Assembly: GCA_035063765.1 (NCBI GenBank)
Contig: JAPSFT010000010.1
Location: 80,401-144,400, forward strand
Source: Deltaproteobacteria bacterium
Lineage (GTDB): Bacteria; Myxococcota_A; UBA9160; PR03
Reading direction: 5' to 3'
Length of the DNA: 64,000 nucleotides
Below, in pieces: positions 28,267 to 35,818 of the stretch. The notes beneath the pieces are model-generated. The model saw only the letters and a list, made by a program, of their open reading frames with translations. It had not been told where the DNA came from and ran no database searches. Position 1 is the first letter of the stretch. Each line of letters begins with the position of its first letter. The position numbers were made by a program, and so were the translations under genes.

Positions 28267-31200
28267 GCCCGGCCGATTCCGGCGCACCTTCCGAGCGTCG
28301 CGCGCGCGACGACCTGGCGCGCCGCCGGGCCCAGCGGGAGTTCCTGCGCCCGCTGCTGGTCGAGGCCGGTGCCGGCACCGGCAAGACGAGCGTGCTCGTG
28401 ACGCGCGTCCTCGCCTGGTGTCTCGGCGGCGGCTGGGAGCGTGCGGCCGGCGTGCTGGCTGGCCGCCGCGGCGGCGCGCCCGAGCCGGAGACGGTGGCGG
28501 CGCGCGTCCTCGACCGGATCGTGGCGATCACCTTCACCGAGGCGGCGGCCGCCGAAATGGAGGAACGCATCGCCACCGGCCTGCAGGCGCTCGCGGTGGA
28601 CGGAGCGGGGCGCGAGCCGCTCGACCCCGAGGCCCTGCCGTCCGACCCCGATCTGCGTCGGACCCGGGCGCGCGCGCTGCTGGCCGCCTTCGACCGGCTG
28701 CGGGTCTCGACGATCCACGCCTTCTGCCGGCGTCTGCTCGCGGAGCACCCACAGGAGGCGGGCCTGCCCCCGCGCTTCACGGTCGACGCGGCGGGTGTCG
28801 CGCGGGCCGCCGCGGCGCGCGCTGCCATCGAGGAGTGGCTCTTCGACCCGGCGCGGGCGGACGATCCCGACCTGCTCGCGCTGGTCGAGGACGGCGTCGC
28901 GGCGCCCGAGCTCGAGGCCGCCCTCGAGGCGATGCTCGCCACGGCGATCGACCCCGGGCGCTTCGCAGAGGACCCCCTCGCCCCGCCGCACCTCGCGCGG
29001 CTCGTGGCCCGGCTGGACGCTGCGCTCGGCGCCTTCGTCGCGGCGGGCGCCGGGCGGCTGCTCGCGCTCCGCGGGCGCAGCAACGGCCGCGAGGTCGCCG
29101 AGGCGGCGGCGGCGAGCCTCCCGCTCCTCACTGCCGACGGGGGCGGGCTCGCCGTGCTCCTCGCGCAGCTCCGGCTCGCGTGGCCGGAGCGCGCGCAGAA
29201 GAGGCTCGCCACCTTCGCAGAGGGCCGCCTCGGCGACCGCGAACGGGCAGCCCTGGGCGAAGCACAGGGCTCGCTCGTCACCGCGGCGAGGAGCCTTGCA
29301 CCCCTCTTGCAGCACGCGCTCGGCCTCGACCTGCCGCGCCTCGCGCGCACCCACCGTGTCGTCGCCACCCTCTACGCCGAGGCCTTCCGGCGCATGCACG
29401 CGGCCGGCGCTGTGGGCTTCGACGGCCTCCTGCTCCGTGCGCACGAGCTGCTCGCGCGCCGGCCCGAGGTGGCGGCCCGCGAGCGTGCGCACATCGACCA
29501 GCTCCTGGTCGACGAGTTCCAGGACACCGACGCCGAGCAGTGTGCGCTGGTGGCGCGCCTCGCCCTCGACGAGGAGGGCGGCCCCCGGCCGGGCCTGTTC
29601 GTCGTCGGCGACCCGAAGCAGTCGATCTACGGCTGGCGCAACGCCGACCTCGCCGCCTACGAGGCGTTTCGCGAGCGGCTCCTCGCGGCCGGCGGCGAGC
29701 GGCACCTCCTGTGCGTGAACCATCGCTCCACGCCGGCCGTGCTCGACGAGGTGGCGCGGGTGATGCGCGACGTGATGATCGAGACGCCGGGCGAGCAGCC
29801 GCCCTTCGAGCCGCTCCTGGCGAGCGGTACGCAGGAGGGATCGGGGCCGCTCGTCGAGTACTGGATCGCGAGCAATCGGGACGACCTCGAAGCCGGGGCA
29901 GGGGGCGCCGCCGGCACGCCCCAGAGGCTCGCGAGCGAGCGCGAGGCGGACCACCTGGCGCAGGATCTCCTGCGCCTCGCGCGCGAGGCCCGGGAGCGGG
30001 GCGGGCGCTTCGCCTGGGAACGGGTCGGGATCCTCTTGCGCTCGACGGGCGACCTCGAGGTCTACCTGGCAGCGCTGCGCGAGGCGGGGGTTCCCTACAC
30101 GGTCGCGCGCGACCGGCAGTACGCGAGCCGGCGCGAGGTCGTCGAGGCCCGCTCGCTCGTGCGCGCCGTGCTCGATCCCGGCGACCAGATCGCGCTGGTG
30201 GCGGCTCTGCGCTCCGCATGGGCCGGCGTCCCCGACGTGGCCTGGCGGCCGCTCTGGGTCCACGGCTTCCCGGGTGCCGTGCGCGAGCTCCTCGAAGGAG
30301 CGCCACGGGCGCGGGGCGAGATCGTCCGGATCGTGGGCACCGCGGCGGCGGCCGTGGCCTCGGACCCTGCCCCGCCGCCGGGCCTGGCGGCGCTTGCGGG
30401 CTGGGACCAGGCGCTCCTCCACGCGCTCGAGGTGCTGGCCACGTTGCGGCGGTCGTTCGCGCGGGAGCCGGCCGAGCGCTTCGTCGAGCGGGTGCGGACG
30501 CTGCCGCTGCTCCCGGCGGGCGAGGCCGCGCGCTTCCTCGGCCCGTGGCGGCTCGCCAACCTCGAGCGCTTCTTTCGCGAGCTCGGCGAGCTGCTCGAGG
30601 CGAGCCGCGGCGACACGGCCAGCGTGCTGCGCGGGCTGCGCCGCGCGGGCGAGCACGACGCCGAACGCGACGAGGGGCGCCCGGCGCGGCCCGGCGGCGA
30701 CGCCGTGCAGGTGATGACGATCCACGCTGCCAAGGGGCTCGAGTTCGAGCACGTCTACCTGCTCCAGGTCCACAAGCGCGAGGGGGGCGGTTCCACGGGG
30801 GCCTTCCTCGCCGGCACGGGCGTCCTCGCCGGCGAGTGGTGCCTCGGAGCGGCCCGCGTCGCCAGCCTGGGCTTCGACGAGGTGCGCAGCGCCCGCGAGC
30901 GGATCGAGCGCGCCGAACGCGTGCGCACGCTCTACGTCGCCCTGACCCGCGCATGCCGTCGCCTCGTGGTGTCGGGACACTGGTCCCGCGCAGCGAGCCA
31001 CGGCGTCCACGGCGTCCTGCTCGCCGCAGGCCGGGGTGCCGCCCTCGAGGAGGCCGCCGAGCGGGGGCGCGCGGCGGGCGCCGGGTGGAACGGCGTGATC
31101 GAGCACGACGGCGCCCTCTGGCGTTTCCTCGACCACAGCGGGCGGCCGCGCGAGACGCCCCTGTCGGCAGGGTCCGAGGGCGCCCTCGACGAGGCCCGGG

Positions 31201-31907
31201 TGGCCGCGGACTCCGAGCGACTCGCGCGGCATCGCGCGGAGGCGCTCGCACGGTCGCAGCGGGCCCTCGCGGCGCCGGTGACGGGAGACCCCCTGGTGCG
31301 CGATGCCGCCGCGGACCACGAGGACGACGAAGGACGCGCCCGCTGGCGCCCTCCCTCGCCTGCGCCCGAGGCGCGGGCGATCGCCGTGGCGGTCGGCACC
31401 GCGATCCATGCGCTGCTCGAGGGGCTGGCGCTGGATGCGCTCGGGGATGTCGAATGGGAGGCAGGGGGCGCGCGACTGCGGGCGAGCCTGGCGAGCGCGG
31501 GTCTCCCGCCGCCGGCGCTCGGGCGGGCGCTCGCGCGTGCGAATGCCCTGGTCGAGCGCCTGCGCAGCGGGCGCCTCGGCGAGCGGCTGCGTGCGTTCGC
31601 GCCGCACGTCGTCGCCCGCGAGCTGCCGGTGCTGCTCCGGCCCGAGGGGGGCGGGTGGCGCGGGGAGCCTGTCGGCGCAGGTGTCGGCGCGATCGATCTC
31701 GTCGTTCGCGATCCCGCCCATGGCTGGACGATCGTCGACTTCAAGACCGACGCCGTGCAGGGTCGCGAGCTGGCGGCGCGCGTCGAGCACCACCGCATCC
31801 AGGGCCTCGCCTACCGGCGCGCACTCGCGGAGGCACTCGCACTCGGTACGCCGCCGCGTGTCGAGCTGTGGTTCCTCGACGCCGACCAGGCCGTGGCGCT
31901 CGACTGA
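28263..31907 (+). CDS. addA: Double-strand break repair helicase-nuclease AddA (UvrD/Rep superfamily 1 plus RecB nuclease)
   Basis: GTG 28263 overlaps the addB stop (GTGA). Motifs EAGAGTGKTS (Walker A), ITFTEAAAAEM, LLVDEFQDTD, VGDPKQSIYGWRNA and TIHAAKGLEF. C-terminal nuclease IDLVVRDPAHGWTIVDFKTD. Confidence 0.9.
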   Translation: MSPADSGAPSERRARDDLARRRAQREFLRPLLVEAGAGTGKTSVLVTRVLAWCLGGGWERAAGVLAGRRGGAPEPETVAARVLDRIVAITFTEAAAAEMEERIATGLQALAVDGAGREPLDPEALPSDPDLRRTRARALLAAFDRLRVSTIHAFCRRLLAEHPQEAGLPPRFTVDAAGVARAAAARAAIEEWLFDPARADDPDLLALVEDGVAAPELEAALEAMLATAIDPGRFAEDPLAPPHLARLVARLDAALGAFVAAGAGRLLALRGRSNGREVAEAAAASLPLLTADGGGLAVLLAQLRLAWPERAQKRLATFAEGRLGDRERAALGEAQGSLVTAARSLAPLLQHALGLDLPRLARTHRVVATLYAEAFRRMHAAGAVGFDGLLLRAHELLARRPEVAARERAHIDQLLVDEFQDTDAEQCALVARLALDEEGGPRPGLFVVGDPKQSIYGWRNADLAAYEAFRERLLAAGGERHLLCVNHRSTPAVLDEVARVMRDVMIETPGEQPPFEPLLASGTQEGSGPLVEYWIASNRDDLEAGAGGAAGTPQRLASEREADHLAQDLLRLAREARERGGRFAWERVGILLRSTGDLEVYLAALREAGVPYTVARDRQYASRREVVEARSLVRAVLDPGDQIALVAALRSAWAGVPDVAWRPLWVHGFPGAVRELLEGAPRARGEIVRIVGTAAAAVASDPAPPPGLAALAGWDQALLHALEVLATLRRSFAREPAERFVERVRTLPLLPAGEAARFLGPWRLANLERFFRELGELLEASRGDTASVLRGLRRAGEHDAERDEGRPARPGGDAVQVMTIHAAKGLEFEHVYLLQVHKREGGGSTGAFLAGTGVLAGEWCLGAARVASLGFDEVRSARERIERAERVRTLYVALTRACRRLVVSGHWSRAASHGVHGVLLAAGRGAALEEAAERGRAAGAGWNGVIEHDGALWRFLDHSGRPRETPLSAGSEGALDEARVAADSERLARHRAEALARSQRALAAPVTGDPLVRDAAADHEDDEGRARWRPPSPAPEARAIAVAVGTAIHALLEGLALDALGDVEWEAGGARLRASLASAGLPPPALGRALARANALVERLRSGRLGERLRAFAPHVVARELPVLLRPEGGGWRGEPVGAGVGAIDLVVRDPAHGWTIVDFKTDAVQGRELAARVEHHRIQGLAYRRALAEALALGTPPRVELWFLDADQAVALD

Positions 31908-31923
31908 GCGCCACGAACGAGCC

Positions 31924-31980
31924 GCCCCGCTCCGGGCGGGGCCCGGAGCGGGGCGTCGGGGAAGGCGTCCCGAAGGACGC
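31924..31980. terminator. Two GC-rich hairpins between convergent genes (candidate bidirectional terminator)
   Basis: GCCCCGC-tccgg-GCGGGGC at 31924-31942 and GCGTCC-cgaa-GGACGC at 31965-31980. No U-tract, which is not unusual at this GC content. Confidence 0.4.
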
Positions 31981-31994
31981 TGCGGGGATCGGGG

Positions 31995-32303
31995 CTAGAA
32001 GCTGAAGACGGCCAGCGCCGGGAAGGTCACCGGAAGCGTCTGCTGCGGCACCGCGTACGGGTTCGTGAAGCGGTAGCCGGCCTCGCTCTGGCTCGAGCCG
32101 TGCGCGACGAGCCGGTCGCTCGCCTTGCTCTCGTTCCGCAGCTCGCCCTTGGCGACCGGCGCGGGGACCGGCTCGGCGTCCTCGACGGCGGCCACGACCA
32201 CGGCCGCGGTCTCCTTCTGGTCGACGGCGGTCTCCGCCAGCGAAACCAGCGGGAAGGTGCCGATTGCCAGGGCTGCCAGGGCCGTCGTGGTGAAGCGCAA
32301 CAT
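31995..32303 (-). CDS. Small secreted hypothetical protein (102 aa) ending in a beta-signal-like ...AVFSF
   Basis: ATG 32301-32303 lies 7 nt after AGGAGGAG. Signal peptide MLRFTTTALAALAIGTFPLVSLA. High GC3. C-terminus TLPVTFPALAVFSF. Confidence 0.6.
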   Translation of the reverse strand: MLRFTTTALAALAIGTFPLVSLAETAVDQKETAAVVVAAVEDAEPVPAPVAKGELRNESKASDRLVAHGSSQSEAGYRFTNPYAVPQQTLPVTFPALAVFSF

Positions 32304-32439
32304 CTCGTCTCTCCTCCTGTCGCCGTTGCCGAGCAACGCGACGCGTCGAGAAGAGAGAGCAAGGGTCGTGCCGGATGCTCCAGAGGCTTGAAACGAAAGG
32401 AGATGGCTCTAGACGCTGGGAAGGGCTCAATCGAGCGCA

Positions 32440-32516
32440 AATAGATGCATCCAATAGATGCAGCAATGCATCAAAAAGTTGCTCTTGAATGATGAAGTGC
32501 ATCCTGGATATGCATC
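32440..32516. repeat. Array of five (A/G)TGCA(T/G) hexamers inside an AT-rich island
   Basis: AATAGATGCA is repeated directly at 32440 and 32453. Hexamers lie at 32445, 32458, 32466, 32497 and 32510. Two 13-bp-spaced pairs lie 52 bp apart. I counted 30 G+C in the 80 nt from 32441 to 32520 (37.5%), against >70% in the flanks. Confidence 0.6.
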
Positions 32517-32584
32517 TTATGAACTGTCGTTCTGGTTCGGCTCTTGCCCTGGGTGAGGCCGAAGAGGCACCAGTGTCCTATATC

Positions 32585-32617
32585 GACATTGATTTTCATT
32601 TTCATCACGACTACGAT
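32585..32617 (+). promoter_or_regulatory. Fur-box-like site overlapping a TTGATT-N17-TACGAT promoter for bfd
   Basis: GACATTGATTTTCATTTTC (32585-32603) matches the 19-bp Fur consensus GATAATGATAATCATTATC at 14/19 positions. -35-like TTGATT at 32589-32594 and -10-like TACGAT at 32612-32617. Confidence 0.6.
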
Positions 32618-32622
32618 TCCCC

Positions 32623-32859
32623 ATGCCCGCCCGCCTGGGAGTGGAAGCCGTGATCGTCTGTCACTGCCGAGCCAAGAACGACCGCGAGATCCGCCGCGCC
32701 GTGCGCAATGGCGCCGTCACCCTCCAGGAGGTGTCGCGCGCGTGCGGCGCCGCGTCGGCCTGCGGCGGCTGCGCCGGCGCGGTCCACGAGATCATTGCTT
32801 CCGAGCTCGGCGCCTTCGAGCCGCGCAGCGCGGACCTCGACCTCCACGCCACGCACTGA
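32623..32859 (+). CDS. bfd: Bacterioferritin-associated ferredoxin (BFD-like [2Fe-2S] protein)
   Basis: Cys pattern VCHC...(about 30 aa)...CGGC. Other Bfd proteins begin about two residues before the first Cys pair, so GTG 32650 (a 69-aa product) is the more likely start if the promoter call above is right. 32623 is the longest ATG ORF. Confidence 0.85.
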   Translation: MPARLGVEAVIVCHCRAKNDREIRRAVRNGAVTLQEVSRACGAASACGGCAGAVHEIIASELGAFEPRSADLDLHATH

Positions 32860-32887
32860 CGAAGCACGCTCCTTGCTAGCTTCGGGG

Positions 32888-32909
32888 TCCCGTCGCCGGC
32901 GGCGGGACA
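32888..32909 (+). terminator. Stable stem-loop between bfd and bfr (candidate attenuator/terminator)
   Basis: GTCCCGTCG-ccgg-CGGCGGGAC forms a 9-bp stem with one G-U pair. It is followed by AGGAGGG and the GTG 32926 start of bfr. Confidence 0.4.
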
Positions 32910-32925
32910 GCGAAGGAGGGAGCCC

Positions 32926-33408
32926 GTGCGCGGCGATCCGCAGATCCTCGAAGCGCTCAACGAGATCCTCACCGCGGAGCTGACGGCGATCAACCAGTAT
33001 TTCCTGCATGCGCGGATGTGCGGGAACTGGGGCTATCGGCGCCTCGAGAAGAAGAAGCGCGACGAGTCGATCGACGAGATGAAGGACGCCGATCGGCTGA
33101 TCGAGCGGATCCTCTTCCTCGAGGGCGTGCCGAACATGCAGCGCTTGAACCCGGTGCGGGTCGGCGAGGATCCGATCGAGCAGCATCGGCTGGACCTCGC
33201 CATGGAGCTCGACGCGGTGCAGCGCTACAACCGCGCGATCGCGCTGGCACGCGAGAAGGGCGACAACGGCACCCGAGCGCTGCTCGAGCACAACCTGCGG
33301 GGCGAGGAGGACTCGGTGGACTGGCTCGAGTCCCAGCTCCACGTGGTGTCGGAGATCGGCAAGGAGCGCTACCTGGCCGAGCAGCTCGGGGGCGGCGAGG
33401 AGAGCTGA
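32926..33408 (+). CDS. bfr: Bacterioferritin
   Basis: 160 aa. MRGDPQILEALNEILTAELTAINQYFLHARMCGNWGY... carries the ferroxidase ligands (E, ExxH) and the heme-binding Met at the expected position. Confidence 0.95.
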   Translation: MRGDPQILEALNEILTAELTAINQYFLHARMCGNWGYRRLEKKKRDESIDEMKDADRLIERILFLEGVPNMQRLNPVRVGEDPIEQHRLDLAMELDAVQRYNRAIALAREKGDNGTRALLEHNLRGEEDSVDWLESQLHVVSEIGKERYLAEQLGGGEES

Positions 33409-33427
33409 GCGCCCCCGGAGCCGGCTG

Positions 33428-33446
33428 GCAGGCCCGCCTGGCCTGC
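33428..33446 (+). terminator. Short hairpin downstream of bfr
   Basis: GCAGGC-ccgcctg-GCCTGC, beginning 20 nt after the bfr stop. Weak: 6-bp stem and no U-tract. Confidence 0.25.
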
Positions 33447-33485
33447 TACGCTGCGCCGGGAGCGGGGGAGGGCAGGAGGGCGCGC

Positions 33486-34781
33486 ATGCGCGCGTCGGTG
33501 ACCCCCCGTCCGCAGGCCCGCGACGCCGCCGCCCTGGCGGCACGCTACCGCGCGGTGCGCGCTGCGACCGAGCGGCTCGCCGCCCCGCTCTCGCCCGAGG
33601 ACTGCAGCGCGCAGTCGATGCCGGACGCGAGCCCGGTGAAGTGGCACCTCGCCCACACCACCTGGTTCTTCGAGACCTTCGTGCTCGCCGGCGCCCGGCC
33701 CGACCTCGCGCCCTTCGACCCCGCCTTCCGCGTGCTCTTCAACTCCTATTACAACGCGGTCGGTGAGCCGTACCCGCGCCCGCGGCGCGGGCTGCTGACG
33801 AGGCCGTCGCTCGCCGACGTGCTCGCCTATCGGGCGCACGTGGACCGGCACCTGACGGCGTGGCTCGCGGGTACGGAGGCTACCGGGGAGCTGCTCGAGC
33901 GGGTCGAGCTCGGGCTCCAGCACGAGCAGCAGCACCAGGAGCTGATCCTCAGCGACGTGAAGCACCTGCTCGGGCAGCACCCGCTGCGGCCCGCCTACCG
34001 CGCCGATCTCCCGTCTCCGGAGCGGAGCGGCGGCGCGCCGGCGCTCGGCTGGCACCGCTTCGAGGCCGGGGTGCGAGCGATCGGCGCCGGGCCCGGGGCC
34101 GGCTTCCGCTTCGACAACGAGGAGCCGCGCCACCGGCAGCTGCTCGGCACGTTCGTGCTGGCCTCGCGACCCGTGATCAACGCCGAGTACGCCGGCTTCG
34201 TGGAGGCAGGCGGCTATCGCCAGCCCGAGTGGTGGCTCTCCGACGGCTGGAGCGCCGTCCGCGCGGAAGGCTGGCAGGCCCCCGCCTACTGGGAGCGCGG
34301 CCCGGCCGGCTGGTCCGTGTTCACGCTGGGGGGGCTGCGCCCGCTCGATCCAGACGCTCCGGTGTGTCACGTGAGCTTCTACGAAGCGGACGCCTACGCG
34401 CGCTGGGCGGGCGCGCGCCTGCCGACCGAGGCGGAGTGGGAAGCCGCCGCCACCGGGACCGCGGTTGCCGGTCACTTCGTCGAGGACGGGGCCCTCGAGC
34501 CCGCGCCGCTCGGCCCCGACGAGGGCCGGGATGCGCCGGCTCGCCTGTTCGGCGACGTCTGGGAGTGGACCGCGAGCCCCTACGTCGCCTACCCGGGCTA
34601 TCGGCCGGCCGCGGGAGCGCTCGGGGAGTACAACGGCAAGTTCATGTGCAACCAGATGGTGTTGCGAGGCGGCTCGTGCGTCTCTCCGCGACGGCATCTG
34701 CGCGCGAGCTATCGCAACTTCTTCCCGGCTCCCGCGCGCTGGCAGTGGAGCGGCCTGCGGCTCGCGAAGGACGGCGGTTGA
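33486..34781 (+). CDS. egtB: Ergothioneine biosynthesis sulfoxide synthase EgtB (DinB-like plus FGE-sulfatase domains)
   Basis: 431 aa. Motifs SPVKWHLAHTTWFFETF, LGLQHEQQHQELI (His triad for Fe), NEEPRH, GDVWEWTASPY and RGGSC. Confidence 0.9.
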   Translation: MRASVTPRPQARDAAALAARYRAVRAATERLAAPLSPEDCSAQSMPDASPVKWHLAHTTWFFETFVLAGARPDLAPFDPAFRVLFNSYYNAVGEPYPRPRRGLLTRPSLADVLAYRAHVDRHLTAWLAGTEATGELLERVELGLQHEQQHQELILSDVKHLLGQHPLRPAYRADLPSPERSGGAPALGWHRFEAGVRAIGAGPGAGFRFDNEEPRHRQLLGTFVLASRPVINAEYAGFVEAGGYRQPEWWLSDGWSAVRAEGWQAPAYWERGPAGWSVFTLGGLRPLDPDAPVCHVSFYEADAYARWAGARLPTEAEWEAAATGTAVAGHFVEDGALEPAPLGPDEGRDAPARLFGDVWEWTASPYVAYPGYRPAAGALGEYNGKFMCNQMVLRGGSCVSPRRHLRASYRNFFPAPARWQWSGLRLAKDGG

Positions 34782-34858
34782 ACCTCCCGCACCCCGCGGC
34801 TGGCGGCCGTCCGGGAGCAGCCCTCGCGCTCCGCGACCGTGGCCCCGACCGGCTGCGC

Positions 34859-35785
34859 ATGCGCGACGAGATCTGGGCAGGGCTCGCCGCGCCGCGCAAG
34901 ACCCTGCCCTGCAAATGGCTCTACGACGCGGCCGGCTCGGCGCTCTTCGAGCGAATCTGCGAGCTGCCCGAGTACTACCCGACGCGCACCGAACTCGCGA
35001 TCCTCGCGGCCCACGCGGGCGAGATGGCCGAGCGGCTCGGCGCGCGCTGCCTGCTCGTCGAGTACGGGAGCGGCAGCAGCCGCAAGACGCGCCTCCTGCT
35101 GGACCGGCTCGTCGCGCCGGCCGGCTACGTCCCGATCGACATCTCGCGCGCAGCGCTCGCCGCCTCGGCGCAGGCGCTCCGCGAGGCCTACCCCGCCCTC
35201 GAGGTGCTCCCGGTCTGCGCCGACTACGCGGACCCGATCGAGCTGCCCCGCCCGCGCCGGCCGGCCGAGCGCCGCGCGGTGTTCTTCCCGGGCTCCACGA
35301 TCGGGAACTTCACGCCCCCCGAGGCGCAGCGCTTCCTGGCCCGGATGGCGCGCGCGGCCGGCCCCGGCGGCGGGATCCTGATCGGAGCGGACCTGCGGAA
35401 GGACCGGGCGATCCTGGAGGCCGCCTACGACGACGCCGCCGGCGTGACAGCCGCCTTCGACCGCAACCTGCTGGTGCGGGCGAACCGCGAGCTGGGCGCC
35501 GACTTCCCGGTCGAGCGGTTTCGACATCGCGCGCTGTGGAACGACGTCGACGGCCGGATCGAGATGCACCTGGTCTCGCTCGACCCGTGCGTCGTGACGG
35601 TGGCCGGCCGCCGCTTCGCCCTCGCGGCCGGTGAGACCATCCACACCGAGAACTCCTACAAGTACACGCTGCCGGGCTTCGCCAGGCTCGCGGCCGGCGC
35701 AGGCCTCGCCGTGCGCCGCGTCTGGAGCGATCCGCGCGGGTGGTTCAGCGTGCAGTGGCTCGTCTCCGCAGCGGCCCCGGAGTGA
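34859..35785 (+). CDS. egtD: L-histidine N-alpha-methyltransferase EgtD
   Basis: Motifs LPCKWLYDAAGSALFERICELPEYYPTRTE, EYGSGSSRKT, FFPGSTIGNF and ENSYKYT. An in-frame TTG at 34778 overlapping the egtB stop (TTGA) is an alternative, translationally coupled start. Confidence 0.9.
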   Translation: MRDEIWAGLAAPRKTLPCKWLYDAAGSALFERICELPEYYPTRTELAILAAHAGEMAERLGARCLLVEYGSGSSRKTRLLLDRLVAPAGYVPIDISRAALAASAQALREAYPALEVLPVCADYADPIELPRPRRPAERRAVFFPGSTIGNFTPPEAQRFLARMARAAGPGGGILIGADLRKDRAILEAAYDDAAGVTAAFDRNLLVRANRELGADFPVERFRHRALWNDVDGRIEMHLVSLDPCVVTVAGRRFALAAGETIHTENSYKYTLPGFARLAAGAGLAVRRVWSDPRGWFSVQWLVSAAAPE

Positions 35786-35818
35786 CGCTACGCTCCGCCG
35801 CCCTCTCCGGGGAGCGCC

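Noticed and set aside
24787-31907. The large nuclease plus UvrD-like helicase pair as a possible phage-defence system.
   Set aside because: Sizes, gene order (B then A), the CX2CX5C Fe-S staple, the two RecB-type nuclease motifs and the GTGA coupling all fit housekeeping AddAB. No neighbouring defence-type genes, and no compositional anomaly.
27314-32005. Very long alternative-frame or antisense ORFs: 27314-32005 (+), 1563 aa; 56505-60203 (-), 1232 aa; 11682-15464 (-), 1260 aa; 39451-43101 (-), 1216 aa; 34709-38149 (-), 1146 aa; 50662-54765 (+), 1367 aa; 27903-31793 (-), 1296 aa.
   Set aside because: Their translations are Arg/Pro/Ala/Gly-rich low-complexity strings with no motifs, as expected from stop-codon-poor off-frames in >70% GC DNA. 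Each is fully overlapped by a frame with recognisable family motifs and high third-position GC.
32304-32622. The AT-rich island as a horizontally acquired or mobile-element remnant, or a small RNA gene.
   Set aside because: It is only about 320 bp, lacks terminal repeats or an integrase, and sits exactly where divergent promoters are expected. I see no convincing terminator-bounded sRNA, though a short transcript cannot be excluded without expression data.
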